The notes under the pieces are model-generated. The model searched no databases. It saw nothing but the letters and a program-made list of their open reading frames with translations, and had not been told where the DNA came from. Of a stretch of 46,608 nt of DNA, positions 9,509 through 18,544 are shown piece after piece. The first letter of the stretch is position 1, and each line of letters starts with the position of its first letter. Made by a program: the position numbers and the translations under genes. Source of the DNA: Rhodospirillales bacterium (GTDB lineage Bacteria > Pseudomonadota > Alphaproteobacteria > JAEULC01); the NCBI GenBank assembly GCA_016792605.1, contig JAEULC010000297.1, forward strand, positions 1-46,608. The letters are read 5' to 3'.

Positions 9509-10102
9509 GTAGCGGCCGACATCCACTGCTTACGTGCTGCAGGGCGAGTGAATCCTAGGCAGGTTATCAGCCTTGAACTGACCTTAGGCTGACGGGCAAT
9601 CGGCGTTGCTCGCCAAAAGAGAACCTGATTCCAGACGCGGAATTCGCACCAGGCGATCTGCCCTCCAGACATAGATCGATCGGTGAATTTGGCCAATTTT
9701 GGGTCCTAGAGACAGCCTCTGATCAGGATTGGGCGTACAGGACCGGAGATTCCAGCGTACGCCGGCCTTTCTGGCTACTGAGCCTTTGAAGCCCGGACAG
9801 GGCAGGGGGAGACCGTTTGTATTGACGGAGGGAGAGGAACTGAGATCCAACCTTCTCCATTCTGCGGATCGGGAAACTACCGACTAGCCTCCAGCGCAAC
9901 TTTATTGCGGCGCCCGTCCAACCCTGCAAAACCGCTCAGGTTGACCCGTAAGGCCGATTCCTTCGCGGTGAGCTAGACCCCCGGAGGGCCTCTAGCTTAA
10001 TCGCCACCAGCGGCGCCCTGGCAGCATTGACAAGCTCGGCCGATGGAGTTCCGGCATTTCGATACCTGGAACAGTCTGGAGGTTCGGGGTTATGGTGAGC
10101 GG

Positions 10103-11713
10103 ATGAACCAATTCGGTTTGGCGTTGTTAGTGGCTCTTCTCGGCTTCGTGTTACGTGAGAGCCCGGGTATTGCGCAGGACCAGCCGCCGAGTGCAGCTAT
10201 TGGCGAACCCATCGGCAATCGGTCCTCCCCAACCGGTAGTCAGTCCAGGCAGCCGGAAGACGGGGCCTGCAACAATCCGTATGGCTGCGGTCGAGGCGGC
10301 TCCCAGGCCAACCAGCGACCCAGCGACGTGTACTGCCAGCAGAACCCTGACGGCACCGAGAACCGCGGACCGTATCGCGGTACCGGGCGCAATATCCCGT
10401 GCAAGGTGCAGCCGGACGGCAGCGGGGCCGCCAAAAACACTACCGCCCAGCAGGCGGCGAGCCTCAAGATCGTCTTCAACTACTTCTACATCAACGGCAT
10501 CAACACGCCGCGCGACGGCGTCGGGCGCGGCACCTGCCTCTACGATCGGGGCATGATCAAGGGCAACCTGCTCGATCTCGGCCCGCGCGTCGGGCCCAGC
10601 CTGCAGGTAAAGCCGAAGGACGCGCCAAGTATCAAGGTCGCGGACGAGATCGACAAGTTCGAGATCGAGACCTGCAATCCCTCAGGCACGGAAGGCAAGG
10701 CGCTGCGCGCGGTGCAGACCTTCTGCGAGGACACACGTGACGGCAAGTTCGCCAAGTCGGGACCGTTCACCGAAGATCTGGCCAAGCTAATCTGCATCCA
10801 GGCGGCGGATATCGACAAGTTCCGCGCCCAAGGCCTGGGCGGCATGTCTCCGGGTGACGTCGTCGAGGCGTTCCGCCAATCGCTCGGCCTCGGGTTCACC
10901 GACGTCAAGACCGGCCAACCGATCACCGGCATCGAGTTCACTGCGCGTCAGGACGAAGTCGCCAAGGTCGCGCGCGCGATCACCGGGATCTACGAGCGCG
11001 AACTGGCGACGGCACGCAGACCGGCGCAGCAGGCGAGCGCAGGCGCGCCGGCGTCCGTGCCCGCGCCGGCAGAGAAGAACTTCTTCATCATCCTGGCGCA
11101 TTCGCAGGGCAACTTCTTCGCCGAGGGAGTCGCCTATCGGCTAATGAAGGGCCTCGGCGGCAAGAGCGACGCGGCGGTGTTCCAATCGCGCCTGGGCATC
11201 CTGTCGGTCGCGTCGCCGACCAACTACAAGTCGCTCGATCCCGCATTTCTCGGCCGCGCGGTCAAGCATTTCACTCGCAAGGACGACGGGATTCACGCGC
11301 TCGACGCGCTGGCCTTCCTCGGCAGCCGCGTGCCCTGGCCCGCCGGCTACGACCTGGACGCACTATGGCCATGGAAGGACGAGAAGACGATGCGCGGCAG
11401 CATGGAGCTGGTGCGCGGCCAACTCGACCTCAAGAAGGCCGTCTACAGCCCGTTCTTCGAGACGCTCGGCCTGGCGCCGCCGATCGAGCCCTGCCCAGGC
11501 TGCGGCGCTCTCTACACGCCGCTGATGAACTCGCACCTACTCGACAACTACCTAACCGATCCTGTCGCGGCGAGCCCTAACGTTGCGATCAACCTGAAGG
11601 CAGCACCGCTCTTCGAGAGCGGCAAGCCGTTGTCGGCGACCGCCCCGCCCGTCTTGGCCTTCGTCCGGTCTGATCTTGTGGAACTTAAGAAAGCGCTGAT
11701 GACGGCGCGGTAA
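10103..11713 (+). CDS. Secreted alpha/beta-hydrolase-like protein (lipase/esterase-type nucleophile elbow), function unknown
   Basis: Signal peptide MNQFGLALLVALLGFVLRESPGIAQD. There is a Gly/Cys-containing N-terminal region. The hydrolase-like motifs are FYINGINTP (oxyanion region), ILAHSQGNFF (A-H-S-Q-G elbow, Ser codon 11102-11104) and a late LMNSHLLDNY. About 210 aa are inserted between the first two motifs. The ORF extends upstream to 10043, but the signal peptide begins at the Met at 10103. Confidence 0.6.
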   Translation: MNQFGLALLVALLGFVLRESPGIAQDQPPSAAIGEPIGNRSSPTGSQSRQPEDGACNNPYGCGRGGSQANQRPSDVYCQQNPDGTENRGPYRGTGRNIPCKVQPDGSGAAKNTTAQQAASLKIVFNYFYINGINTPRDGVGRGTCLYDRGMIKGNLLDLGPRVGPSLQVKPKDAPSIKVADEIDKFEIETCNPSGTEGKALRAVQTFCEDTRDGKFAKSGPFTEDLAKLICIQAADIDKFRAQGLGGMSPGDVVEAFRQSLGLGFTDVKTGQPITGIEFTARQDEVAKVARAITGIYERELATARRPAQQASAGAPASVPAPAEKNFFIILAHSQGNFFAEGVAYRLMKGLGGKSDAAVFQSRLGILSVASPTNYKSLDPAFLGRAVKHFTRKDDGIHALDALAFLGSRVPWPAGYDLDALWPWKDEKTMRGSMELVRGQLDLKKAVYSPFFETLGLAPPIEPCPGCGALYTPLMNSHLLDNYLTDPVAASPNVAINLKAAPLFESGKPLSATAPPVLAFVRSDLVELKKALMTAR

Positions 11714-11720
11714 GCGCACG

Positions 11721-12893
11721 TCACGCCTGGCTAAGCAGAGCCTTGCTGCGCTCAAGTTGCGCTCGCTGCTTAAGGAGCGCTGCGTCATTCGCCTGGCTGG
11801 TGACGGTCGCCTGCTGGTCGTACTGCGCTTTCGCTTGCGCGACCTGAGCCTGCTGCTGCTGCGTGGAACCGCCGCTTTGCTGCGCCACCGTGCGCTCGTA
11901 GTCCTGCCGGCGCTGCTGCACGAGCTGGCGCGACTGTGCCTCGGCGCGCTGGTGCTCGGCCAGCTTCGCTTCGCGTTCCTGCACCACGGCCAGCGCCTCC
12001 TGGCGCGAGATCGCCCGCGATCGTGCGCAGGCCTGCAGCGCCTCCAGGTCGCGGCGTTCCTGCTGCTCGATCTGCTGGCGCAGGGTCGCGTTGCGCTGCA
12101 TCGCCTGCACGTCCCGCTGCAGGCTGCCGAGCGCCTGCTGCAGGAAGGCCTCGGCATTGAAGCCATAGGCGTTGAACTGGCGCAGGAAGCCCGAGGCCTG
12201 GCCCTGGAACGCCTGCATCATCGCCGACAGGGCCGGGCCGAACTGCTGCGCGAACGCCTGGCTGGCCTGGTCGTACTGTGAATAGAGCGGCTGGGCGCTG
12301 CCCGCGGCCGGGCATTTGCGCAGCGCCTCGGCTGCCAGTCCCGGCTGACCAGGCGTGGCGAGCGCCTGCTGCGACGGGGGAGCACGCACAACCGCCCCGA
12401 ACTCGGCGAGCAGCGGGCCGAAGACGAAGCCGATGTCGCGCCCGTCGCGGGCGACCCGGTACCAGTCCGTGCCCCGCACCCGGCCGGTCACGGCAATGCC
12501 AGACCCCGCCGCGAGCGTCTCGACCTTCTCCGCCTCCGTGGAAGGGGCGGCACGCACATTCGCGGCGCCGGTAACAAAAGAGTCGCGGTCGAGCGGCTCT
12601 ATGTCGAGAGCGGACGGCGGCGGCTTGGGAGCAGGCGGCGTTGCGGTCGGGAGGGGGGTGGGCGCAGTCGTCGTCGGCGCGGCATTGACGCGCACGCGGG
12701 CGAGCGCGGCGTAGCACCCGTTCGGGAAGGTATCGAGATAGGCCTTGTGGTCCTCGGGCGCGCGGCTGTTCTTGATCGAGTCCCAGAACGCGGCCTCGGC
12801 CGGGTCGACCTTGTCGCAGCCCGCCTGCCCCCAGGCCGGGCCGGCGGCGGCCGTCGCAAGACCGATGGCAACGAGATAGGCGCCGCGCCTCAT
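11721..12893 (-). CDS. Secreted SH3b-domain protein with C-terminal Q/A/R-rich coiled-coil
   Basis: Signal peptide MRRGAYLVAIGLATAAAGPAWGQ. The SH3_3-like segment is ANVRAAPSTEAEKVETLAAGSGIAVTGRVRGTDWYRVARDGRDIGFVFGPLL. The long C-terminal region is Q/A/R-rich and helical. Its ATG overlaps the upstream stop (ATGA at 12890-12893). Confidence 0.75.
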   Translation of the reverse strand: MRRGAYLVAIGLATAAAGPAWGQAGCDKVDPAEAAFWDSIKNSRAPEDHKAYLDTFPNGCYAALARVRVNAAPTTTAPTPLPTATPPAPKPPPSALDIEPLDRDSFVTGAANVRAAPSTEAEKVETLAAGSGIAVTGRVRGTDWYRVARDGRDIGFVFGPLLAEFGAVVRAPPSQQALATPGQPGLAAEALRKCPAAGSAQPLYSQYDQASQAFAQQFGPALSAMMQAFQGQASGFLRQFNAYGFNAEAFLQQALGSLQRDVQAMQRNATLRQQIEQQERRDLEALQACARSRAISRQEALAVVQEREAKLAEHQRAEAQSRQLVQQRRQDYERTVAQQSGGSTQQQQAQVAQAKAQYDQQATVTSQANDAALLKQRAQLERSKALLSQA

Positions 12894-14503
12894 TGCGAGC
12901 TCAGCTCCTGCTTCCACTGCTCGGGGTCGATGCGCCCCTGCGTGCGGCGATGAGCCTCGATGTGCTGCACGAACACGCCGACGAAGCGCTCGACGCGCTT
13001 CACCGCCGGATCGTCGGTCTGCAGCTTCAACAGGTCGAGCTGGCCGCGCAGCGTCTCCGGCGCATAGTCCTCCGCCGCCTGCTTCACGAAGGCGCGATAG
13101 GTGGCGAAATCCTCGTCCTGGCGCCGGCTCCAGTCGTTGATCGCCTGCTTGGTCTCGGCGATGTCCTTGGCCGGAGCGCGGATCTTGGCCTGGTCGACCA
13201 GCAGCTTGCCGTAGGTGCGAATCTCGATCCGGTCGCGGTCGACGTCGCGGCCATAGAGCGCGCCGATGCGGATCAAGGCGTTGGCGGCGCGGTCGCGCTG
13301 CTCATTGCGCACCGCCGTGTTGTTCGACAGCGACCGCGCCAGCTCGTTCAGCCGCTGCTGCGTCGCCGCGTCGAGATTGCCGCGCGCCAGCGCCTCGAGC
13401 TGCTGGATGGGGTCCGCGCCGGGCGTCGGCGCACCCGCGCCCTGCCCGCCAGTGTCGAGCCGCGACAGCGCCTCGTACTCCTCGCGGATCTTGGCGATGC
13501 GCTGCGGTTCGGCCTTGGTCTCGACCGTCGGCGCGAAGGCCAGGCGGAACCCGTTGGTCTCCACGCGGCTCGGACCCTTGCGCGCCAGGTCCATCGGCGG
13601 GTATTCGCGCCGCCAGGCCGCGCCGATCACCGTCTCGCCGATGAGATAGGAGCCGCCCTTGACCACGAAGCCGCCGGCTTGGCCGTGCATGCGTCCGGCC
13701 TTGGTCATGCGGTAGGAATCAAGCACGATCTCCGCTGCATTGCCGATGATGTCGTGCAGCAGCAGCGGGTTCGGCTTCTTGAGCCCGATCGGCCAAAGCT
13801 TGCCATTGGCGGATTTCGCGCCGGCGAACCAGACGGACTCTTCCAGCGGCTGGCCGGGCTCGACGAAGGTCGGGTTTCCGTAGTTCTTGCCCGCCGCCGC
13901 GCCGCCGCGCGCCGCGTATTCCCACTCGACCTCGGTCGGCAGGCGGAAGAAGCCGTTCAGCGTCACCAGGCGGTAGGTCTCGCCTGCCTTGTCGAGCTTC
14001 GTGTCGGCCTCGGCGTAGAGCCACTGCGAGTAACGCTCGCCGAACGAGACCGCGTCGAACCAGCTCAGGCCCACCGCCGGGATCTCGCGGTCGCCGGCGG
14101 GCGCCGCGCAGTCTTTCGGTGGCGCGGTCAGCGTCTCCAGGGCGGCGCGTTGGCCCTGCGTGAACTCGTACTTGGCGAGGAGATAGAACGACGCGGCCTG
14201 CTTCGCCGGGTCGGCCTCGCGGAAGCCGCCGACCAGCGGGATGTCGCGCGGCGCCTCGGCATAGCGTGTGCCCGGGTCGCGATCGTCGCCGAGCGTTACC
14301 GGCGCGTCCGCCATCCAGTTGGTCGCCTCGCCGCTCTTCACCGGAACGACGATCTTGCGGAACACCATGCGCGCGGCGCAGGGCATCGGGAACACGACGT
14401 CGTCCGCGTCCGGCACCGGATTGAAGCGGTCCGCCGTCTGCGCCTGGGCGACCGTTCCGGCCAACAGCGCGAGCAGCGCGGCGGCGGCGACCGTCCTAGA
14501 CAT
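12890..14503 (-). CDS. Periplasmic FGE-sulfatase-fold (SUMF1/EgtB/PvdO family) protein with helical C-terminal extension
   Basis: Signal peptide MSRTVAAAALLALLAGTVAQAQ. Family motifs are SWFDAVSFGERYSQWL, FRLPTEVEWEYAARGG, PNPLLLHDIIGNAAE, VVKGGSY and NGFRLAF. The catalytic Cys pair of true FGE is absent (KGGSYLIGETVIGAAWRRE). There is an 8-nt start/stop overlap with the permease gene. Confidence 0.85.
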   Translation of the reverse strand: MSRTVAAAALLALLAGTVAQAQTADRFNPVPDADDVVFPMPCAARMVFRKIVVPVKSGEATNWMADAPVTLGDDRDPGTRYAEAPRDIPLVGGFREADPAKQAASFYLLAKYEFTQGQRAALETLTAPPKDCAAPAGDREIPAVGLSWFDAVSFGERYSQWLYAEADTKLDKAGETYRLVTLNGFFRLPTEVEWEYAARGGAAAGKNYGNPTFVEPGQPLEESVWFAGAKSANGKLWPIGLKKPNPLLLHDIIGNAAEIVLDSYRMTKAGRMHGQAGGFVVKGGSYLIGETVIGAAWRREYPPMDLARKGPSRVETNGFRLAFAPTVETKAEPQRIAKIREEYEALSRLDTGGQGAGAPTPGADPIQQLEALARGNLDAATQQRLNELARSLSNNTAVRNEQRDRAANALIRIGALYGRDVDRDRIEIRTYGKLLVDQAKIRAPAKDIAETKQAINDWSRRQDEDFATYRAFVKQAAEDYAPETLRGQLDLLKLQTDDPAVKRVERFVGVFVQHIEAHRRTQGRIDPEQWKQELSSQ

Positions 14504-15695
14504 CGCGCAACGCCTCGGAGGGCTGAATGCGCGCCGCGTGCAGGCCGCCGACGCCGGAGGCGACGACCGCAAGCACCAGCGTCGCGCCGGCCGCATAGAC
14601 GAGATGCTGCGGCGCGAGCTGGCAGATCCGCTCGCCCTCGGCCAAGCTGGTGGTGAAGAACCGGTTCACGCTGGCCGCCACCGCCAGATATGCCGCTGTC
14701 GCCAGCGCGCTGCCGACCAGGGCTACCATCGCGGCCTGACAGGCCGGGAACAGCATGCAGCGCGGCGTGTCGAAGCCGACCAGCCGCAACACCGCGATCT
14801 CGCGCCGCTTGCGGTCGACATTGCCCCACAGGCTCGAGGCCAGCGACAGGGCGTAGCCGCCGACGCCGATCGCGGCGACGATCCAGAACACCGCCGTGAG
14901 GTTGCGATCGAGCGCCCGCACCGTCTCGATTTCCGCCGCCCGGGTGCGCACCTCGACGCCCTGGCCCTGCATCCGGTCGCGCAATCCGGACACGTCGTCG
15001 ATCGATCGCGCGTAGAGCCGGAACCCGGCGAAGGCGCGATCGGCGCTCAGCGGCGCGCTGCCCGCCCAGCCCAGCGCCTCGACCGCGCGGCCGTCGCGAT
15101 AGTCCTCGGCAGCGACGAGAAGCTCCAGCGACACGAAGGCCGCGTCGCGGTCGAAGCTCGCGAGCGGCAGCACGCCCGCCACCGTCAGGGGCTGCGTCGC
15201 GCGCTCCGACTGGCCGCGCACCACGCGGGTCAGGCTGCCTTCCAGGGTTGCGCCGGGTGCAATGCCAAGTTTTTCCGCGGCGGACCGCGACAGGACGATC
15301 TGGCCGGTGCCTGTGGGCGCGGGCTGCGCGGCCAACAGCGGGTCGCCGGGCGCGCTCGGCACCAGTTCGACGGTCACCAGCGGCCGGCCCGACTCGGCCG
15401 TATTGCGCAGGAACATCGATGCGGCGATGGCCCGGGTCTGCGGCAGCACGAAGCCCACCTCCGGCCGCGCGGCCATCTGGCGGAACCAGGCCGGATCGAA
15501 GCGCCCGCTCGCCACCGGCAGGATCTGGCGGTTGGCCGGATCCTCGATCAGGCGCTCGCGCATCGTCGTCACCACGCCGTGCTTCAACCCGAACAGCACC
15601 AGCATCGGCGCCAGGATGGCCGACAGGGCCAGGACCAGGCACAGCGACAGGCGCCATTCATGCAGGAAGTCCCGGAGCGCGAGGCCGAACACCAT
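14496..15695 (-). CDS. ABC transporter permease, FtsX/MacB-LolC type (4 TM, large periplasmic loop)
   Basis: 399 aa. TM1 is LSLCLVLALSAILAPMLVLFGL, followed by a periplasmic loop of about 220 aa and three C-terminal TMs. The protein ends ...AARIQPSEALRDV, which is typical of FtsX-family permeases. Confidence 0.85.
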   Translation of the reverse strand: MVFGLALRDFLHEWRLSLCLVLALSAILAPMLVLFGLKHGVVTTMRERLIEDPANRQILPVASGRFDPAWFRQMAARPEVGFVLPQTRAIAASMFLRNTAESGRPLVTVELVPSAPGDPLLAAQPAPTGTGQIVLSRSAAEKLGIAPGATLEGSLTRVVRGQSERATQPLTVAGVLPLASFDRDAAFVSLELLVAAEDYRDGRAVEALGWAGSAPLSADRAFAGFRLYARSIDDVSGLRDRMQGQGVEVRTRAAEIETVRALDRNLTAVFWIVAAIGVGGYALSLASSLWGNVDRKRREIAVLRLVGFDTPRCMLFPACQAAMVALVGSALATAAYLAVAASVNRFFTTSLAEGERICQLAPQHLVYAAGATLVLAVVASGVGGLHAARIQPSEALRDV

Positions 15696-15704
15696 GGACC
15701 CAGC

Positions 15705-16430
15705 CTAGCCCCAAAACGACGAGCGCACACCACCCTCGATCGGCTCCAGCCGGTGCTCCAGGCGCCGCAACTTGAGCCGATCGACGACCGACGCGTCATG
15801 CGTCGCCAGGATCGCGGTGGCGCCGAACTGCTCCACCGTTTCCAGGAACAGGTCGAGAATGCGCGCTGCATTCATCGGATCGACCGAGGCCGTCGGCTCG
15901 TCGGCGACGGCGATGGTCGGCCGGTGCGCCAAGGCCCGGGCGATGGCGACGCGCTGGCGTTCGCCGACCGACAGGGCCGCCGGCCGCTTCGCCAAATGCC
16001 GCGTCAGGCCCAGGCGCTCGGCCAGCGTCGCCACCGTGCCATCGTCGCCAAGGCCCAGCACGCGCCGCGACAAGGCGATGTTGTCGCGCACGCTCAGATA
16101 GGGCAGCAGGCCGCCGGTCTGCAGCACATAGCCGATATGGCGCGCACGAAGCTGCCCCAACGCATCCGTCTTGCCGGCGGACCAGGTCTCCGCCGCGGGC
16201 ACGGCTTCTCCATCGGTCGGCGCGAAGTCGAACCGCACTGCCGCGCTCGGCCGCAGGACAAGCGCCAGCAGGTCCAGGAGCGTGCTCTTTCCACTGCCGC
16301 TTTCCCCGACCAGGGCGATCTTCTCGCCGCGCGCGATCACCAGCCGCGGAATCTCGAGAGCGAAGCGCGACCCCGACGCCGTCCAGTCCTTGCGGACACC
16401 TTCCAGATGATAGACGGGGGGACCCGGCAC
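15705..16430 (-). CDS. ABC transporter ATP-binding protein (LolD/MacB-type)
   Basis: Walker A GESGSGKS, signature LSVGERQR, Walker B IAVADEPTASVD and H-loop ATHD. The GTG start is preceded by GGAG with a 6-nt spacing. Confidence 0.9.
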   Translation of the reverse strand: MPGPPVYHLEGVRKDWTASGSRFALEIPRLVIARGEKIALVGESGSGKSTLLDLLALVLRPSAAVRFDFAPTDGEAVPAAETWSAGKTDALGQLRARHIGYVLQTGGLLPYLSVRDNIALSRRVLGLGDDGTVATLAERLGLTRHLAKRPAALSVGERQRVAIARALAHRPTIAVADEPTASVDPMNAARILDLFLETVEQFGATAILATHDASVVDRLKLRRLEHRLEPIEGGVRSSFWG

Positions 16431-16441
16431 CTGCCGCTCCC

Positions 16442-18448
16442 TTATGGGAGGGCGTCCAGCGGCACGGGATAAACCGACTCGCCGCCCAGCGAGCCGCCGT
16501 CAAGCGCGACCCAGCTATCGGTGTTGTTGTGCAGTTCCTCGTAGAAGCGGATCTTCGACTTCAGGCGGTCGATGAAGGCCTGCTGCTCACCGATGCTCCA
16601 GGACTGCCAGAGATCCTGGCTGATGTTCAGCACGTCGCTTTTATATGGCAGCCCGTCCAGGTATTCGCCGATCAGCCCGGTCTCCGCCAGGTTCTTGGCC
16701 CCGCCCGCGCTCTTGGTCACGCCGGCGACACCGCGCGGCGCCCGCGCCATGGCGGCGGCGGCGCTCTGCAGGTCGGTAAAGAAGCCTTCCGGCGATATCT
16801 GGGCCGCTTCGCCCGCCTTGATGATCGTCTTCAGCACCTGCTGCAGGTCGCTGATCTGGTCGCGCGACATCAAAAGGCGCACGTCCAGCGTCGCCAGCGT
16901 CGGCCGGTCGAAGTCGCGGTCGCTGACCCAGGCCTCGAACACCGGCGGCGCCTGCGTCCCCTTGCGCTTGCCCAGATAGGCGAGCTGCATGGCGTTGCCC
17001 ACCAGCGCCGCCTTGCGGTCGATGCCGGACGCGTCGGACTCCTTCAGCGGCTCGGGCGTGGGCGGCTTTTTGGCCGGCTCGGACAAGGCCTGGCGAACCG
17101 TCTTTACCTGCTGCGTCAAGGACGTCGCCAAGCGCTCGATCGTCTCGCCGAAGCGGTCGACCGAACCGGCCTCGACCGGGATGTACAGGCTGTCCTTGCC
17201 CTGGAAGCGCGTCAGCATCTCGTACTGGGTCGCCGCGGCGGCGTGGTCGCGGGCGCCTTCGCGGGTCTTCAGATGCACGGCGAAGAGCGCAATTCCAGCG
17301 GCCTGTGCGAACTCGCGAACCTCGGAGGTGAACATGCCGCTGCTCGCCAGCGGATGATTGCCTTCGAGCGCGCTGGCATCGGAGATCAGCACCACGATCT
17401 TCGCGGCATACTGGTCCCAGTCCATCTCGGTGAGCGCCGACATCACGCCGGCATAGGCGTCCTCGGGAAGCTGCGGACCTGAGGATACTTTCGCCGGCAC
17501 GACCTGCGCGGTGAGGTCCAGGAATTTCTGGCCTTTGACGCCGTCCTTCAGCGAGGCGAAGGTTCGCGTCGTATATTCAAGATCCGGCACGGACTTTGTG
17601 CTGCTGCGATAGGCGACGAGGCCGAAGCTGACGTCGCCCTCCAGCTTCTCGGCCTCGACCCGCTTGTAGACCCGCGCGATGACGTCGCGCATCCGGTCGA
17701 TATAGGGGCCCATCGTGATCGTCGTATCGACCACGAACACGATGCCGGTCTTGAATCCGACCAGCATGTCCTGCGGCTTCGCCTGGTCGGCGGCGGGCGG
17801 TGGCGGATCGTTCAGCGACACCGAGGCGATCTTCAGCGCCGTGGCCGGCTGGCCCTTCTTGGTAAGCGCCTGCTGGTGCTCCAGGATCGGCAGCAGGTAG
17901 AACTGCTGCTGGATGTCGACATGCTCCGGCGGCTCGATCGACAGGACGGGCGAGTTCGCCGGCGGCTTGCCGGAAATGATCGCTTCGTAGAGCGCGCCGT
18001 ATTTCTGCGCCGGATCCGGCGCCTCGATCAGTTCCATCAAGGGCGGCCGGTCGCGCAGCAGCAGCACGCGCTTGCGGTCGGCCGGATTGGTGAAGGCTAC
18101 GGTCAGGGCCTGTTTCCATTCGATCGCCTGCTTGGCATCGATCCAGCCCGTGGGGCCGGATTCGACCGAGGCGCCCACCTCGATCATGGCGGTGTTCTGC
18201 GCCCGCTTGCGGCCGTACACGTAGAAGACGGTGAACGGGGTGGTGTCGTCCTTCGCCACCGCGGCGTCGGGCTGGGCGTCCTTCAGCACCTTGGTCCCGG
18301 GCCGGGTCAGGACGCGCTGGTAGAGCGTTTTCTTGCCGTCCAACAGCAAAGGCTTGCGATCCTGGGCAAAGGAGGGCCCGGCGGGGATTCCGAGGGCGCC
18401 GACCAGCATCAGCGCGGCGATCAGCCGCCGCTTCGACGAGACCTTCAT
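16442..18448 (-). CDS. Periplasmic von Willebrand factor A (vWA) domain protein
   Basis: Signal peptide MKVSSKRRLIAALMLVGALGIPAGPSFAQD. The vWA-like core is GIVFVVDTTITMGPYIDRMRDVIARVYKRV...VSFGLVAYRS...KIVVLISDA, with a DxTxT variant at the MIDAS position (17714-17728). N- and C-terminal flanking domains have no recognisable family. Confidence 0.8.
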   Translation of the reverse strand: MKVSSKRRLIAALMLVGALGIPAGPSFAQDRKPLLLDGKKTLYQRVLTRPGTKVLKDAQPDAAVAKDDTTPFTVFYVYGRKRAQNTAMIEVGASVESGPTGWIDAKQAIEWKQALTVAFTNPADRKRVLLLRDRPPLMELIEAPDPAQKYGALYEAIISGKPPANSPVLSIEPPEHVDIQQQFYLLPILEHQQALTKKGQPATALKIASVSLNDPPPPAADQAKPQDMLVGFKTGIVFVVDTTITMGPYIDRMRDVIARVYKRVEAEKLEGDVSFGLVAYRSSTKSVPDLEYTTRTFASLKDGVKGQKFLDLTAQVVPAKVSSGPQLPEDAYAGVMSALTEMDWDQYAAKIVVLISDASALEGNHPLASSGMFTSEVREFAQAAGIALFAVHLKTREGARDHAAAATQYEMLTRFQGKDSLYIPVEAGSVDRFGETIERLATSLTQQVKTVRQALSEPAKKPPTPEPLKESDASGIDRKAALVGNAMQLAYLGKRKGTQAPPVFEAWVSDRDFDRPTLATLDVRLLMSRDQISDLQQVLKTIIKAGEAAQISPEGFFTDLQSAAAAMARAPRGVAGVTKSAGGAKNLAETGLIGEYLDGLPYKSDVLNISQDLWQSWSIGEQQAFIDRLKSKIRFYEELHNNTDSWVALDGGSLGGESVYPVPLDALP

Positions 18449-18544
18449 GCGCGCCTTACCCCCGCCCCTGCTGGCATTTGCGTGGCCGGACTATATCATG
18501 CGCCCCAGCGCGGGAAACGCGCCGCAGGGGGAAACATCGTCACG
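18449..18544. promoter_or_regulatory. Divergent promoter/control region between the two operons
   Basis: The 96-bp gap between two divergently oriented start codons must carry both promoters. A CTATAT (-10-like) lies at 18491-18496. No convincing -35 element or operator was identified by eye. Confidence 0.3.

Noticed and set aside
9971-9997. Hairpin AGCTAGA-N13-TCTAGCT upstream of the lipase-like gene
   Set aside because: The stem is short (7 bp) with an imperfect interior and is not followed by a T-tract. It is too weak to call a terminator or riboswitch element.
12890-14503. Annotation as a genuine formylglycine-generating enzyme (sulfatase maturase)
   Set aside because: The catalytic Cys pair is absent, the protein has a signal peptide, and no sulfatase gene is nearby. 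It is called only an FGE-fold protein.
12893-16472. 587-aa and 734-aa plus-strand ORFs (12893-14656 and 14268-16472) and a 439-aa minus-strand alternate-frame ORF (14338-15657)
   Set aside because: These are shadow or alternate-frame ORFs over the FGE-fold, FtsX and ABC ATPase genes. They are low-complexity R/A/G/P-rich and lack motifs, whereas the chosen frames carry Walker, ABC-signature and FGE-family motifs.
18472-18481. TGGCA-TTTGC resembling a sigma-54 (-24/-12) promoter in the divergent intergenic region
   Set aside because: The GG and GC elements are only about 5 nt apart instead of the required 10 nt, so this is not a sigma-54 promoter.
17876-18544. N-terminal 223 codons of the 468-aa ORF 17876-19282
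   Set aside because: This part lies antisense to the vWA gene and is R/G/D/L-rich. The protein-like sequence, and the similarity to the downstream paralog, begins at the ATG at 18545.
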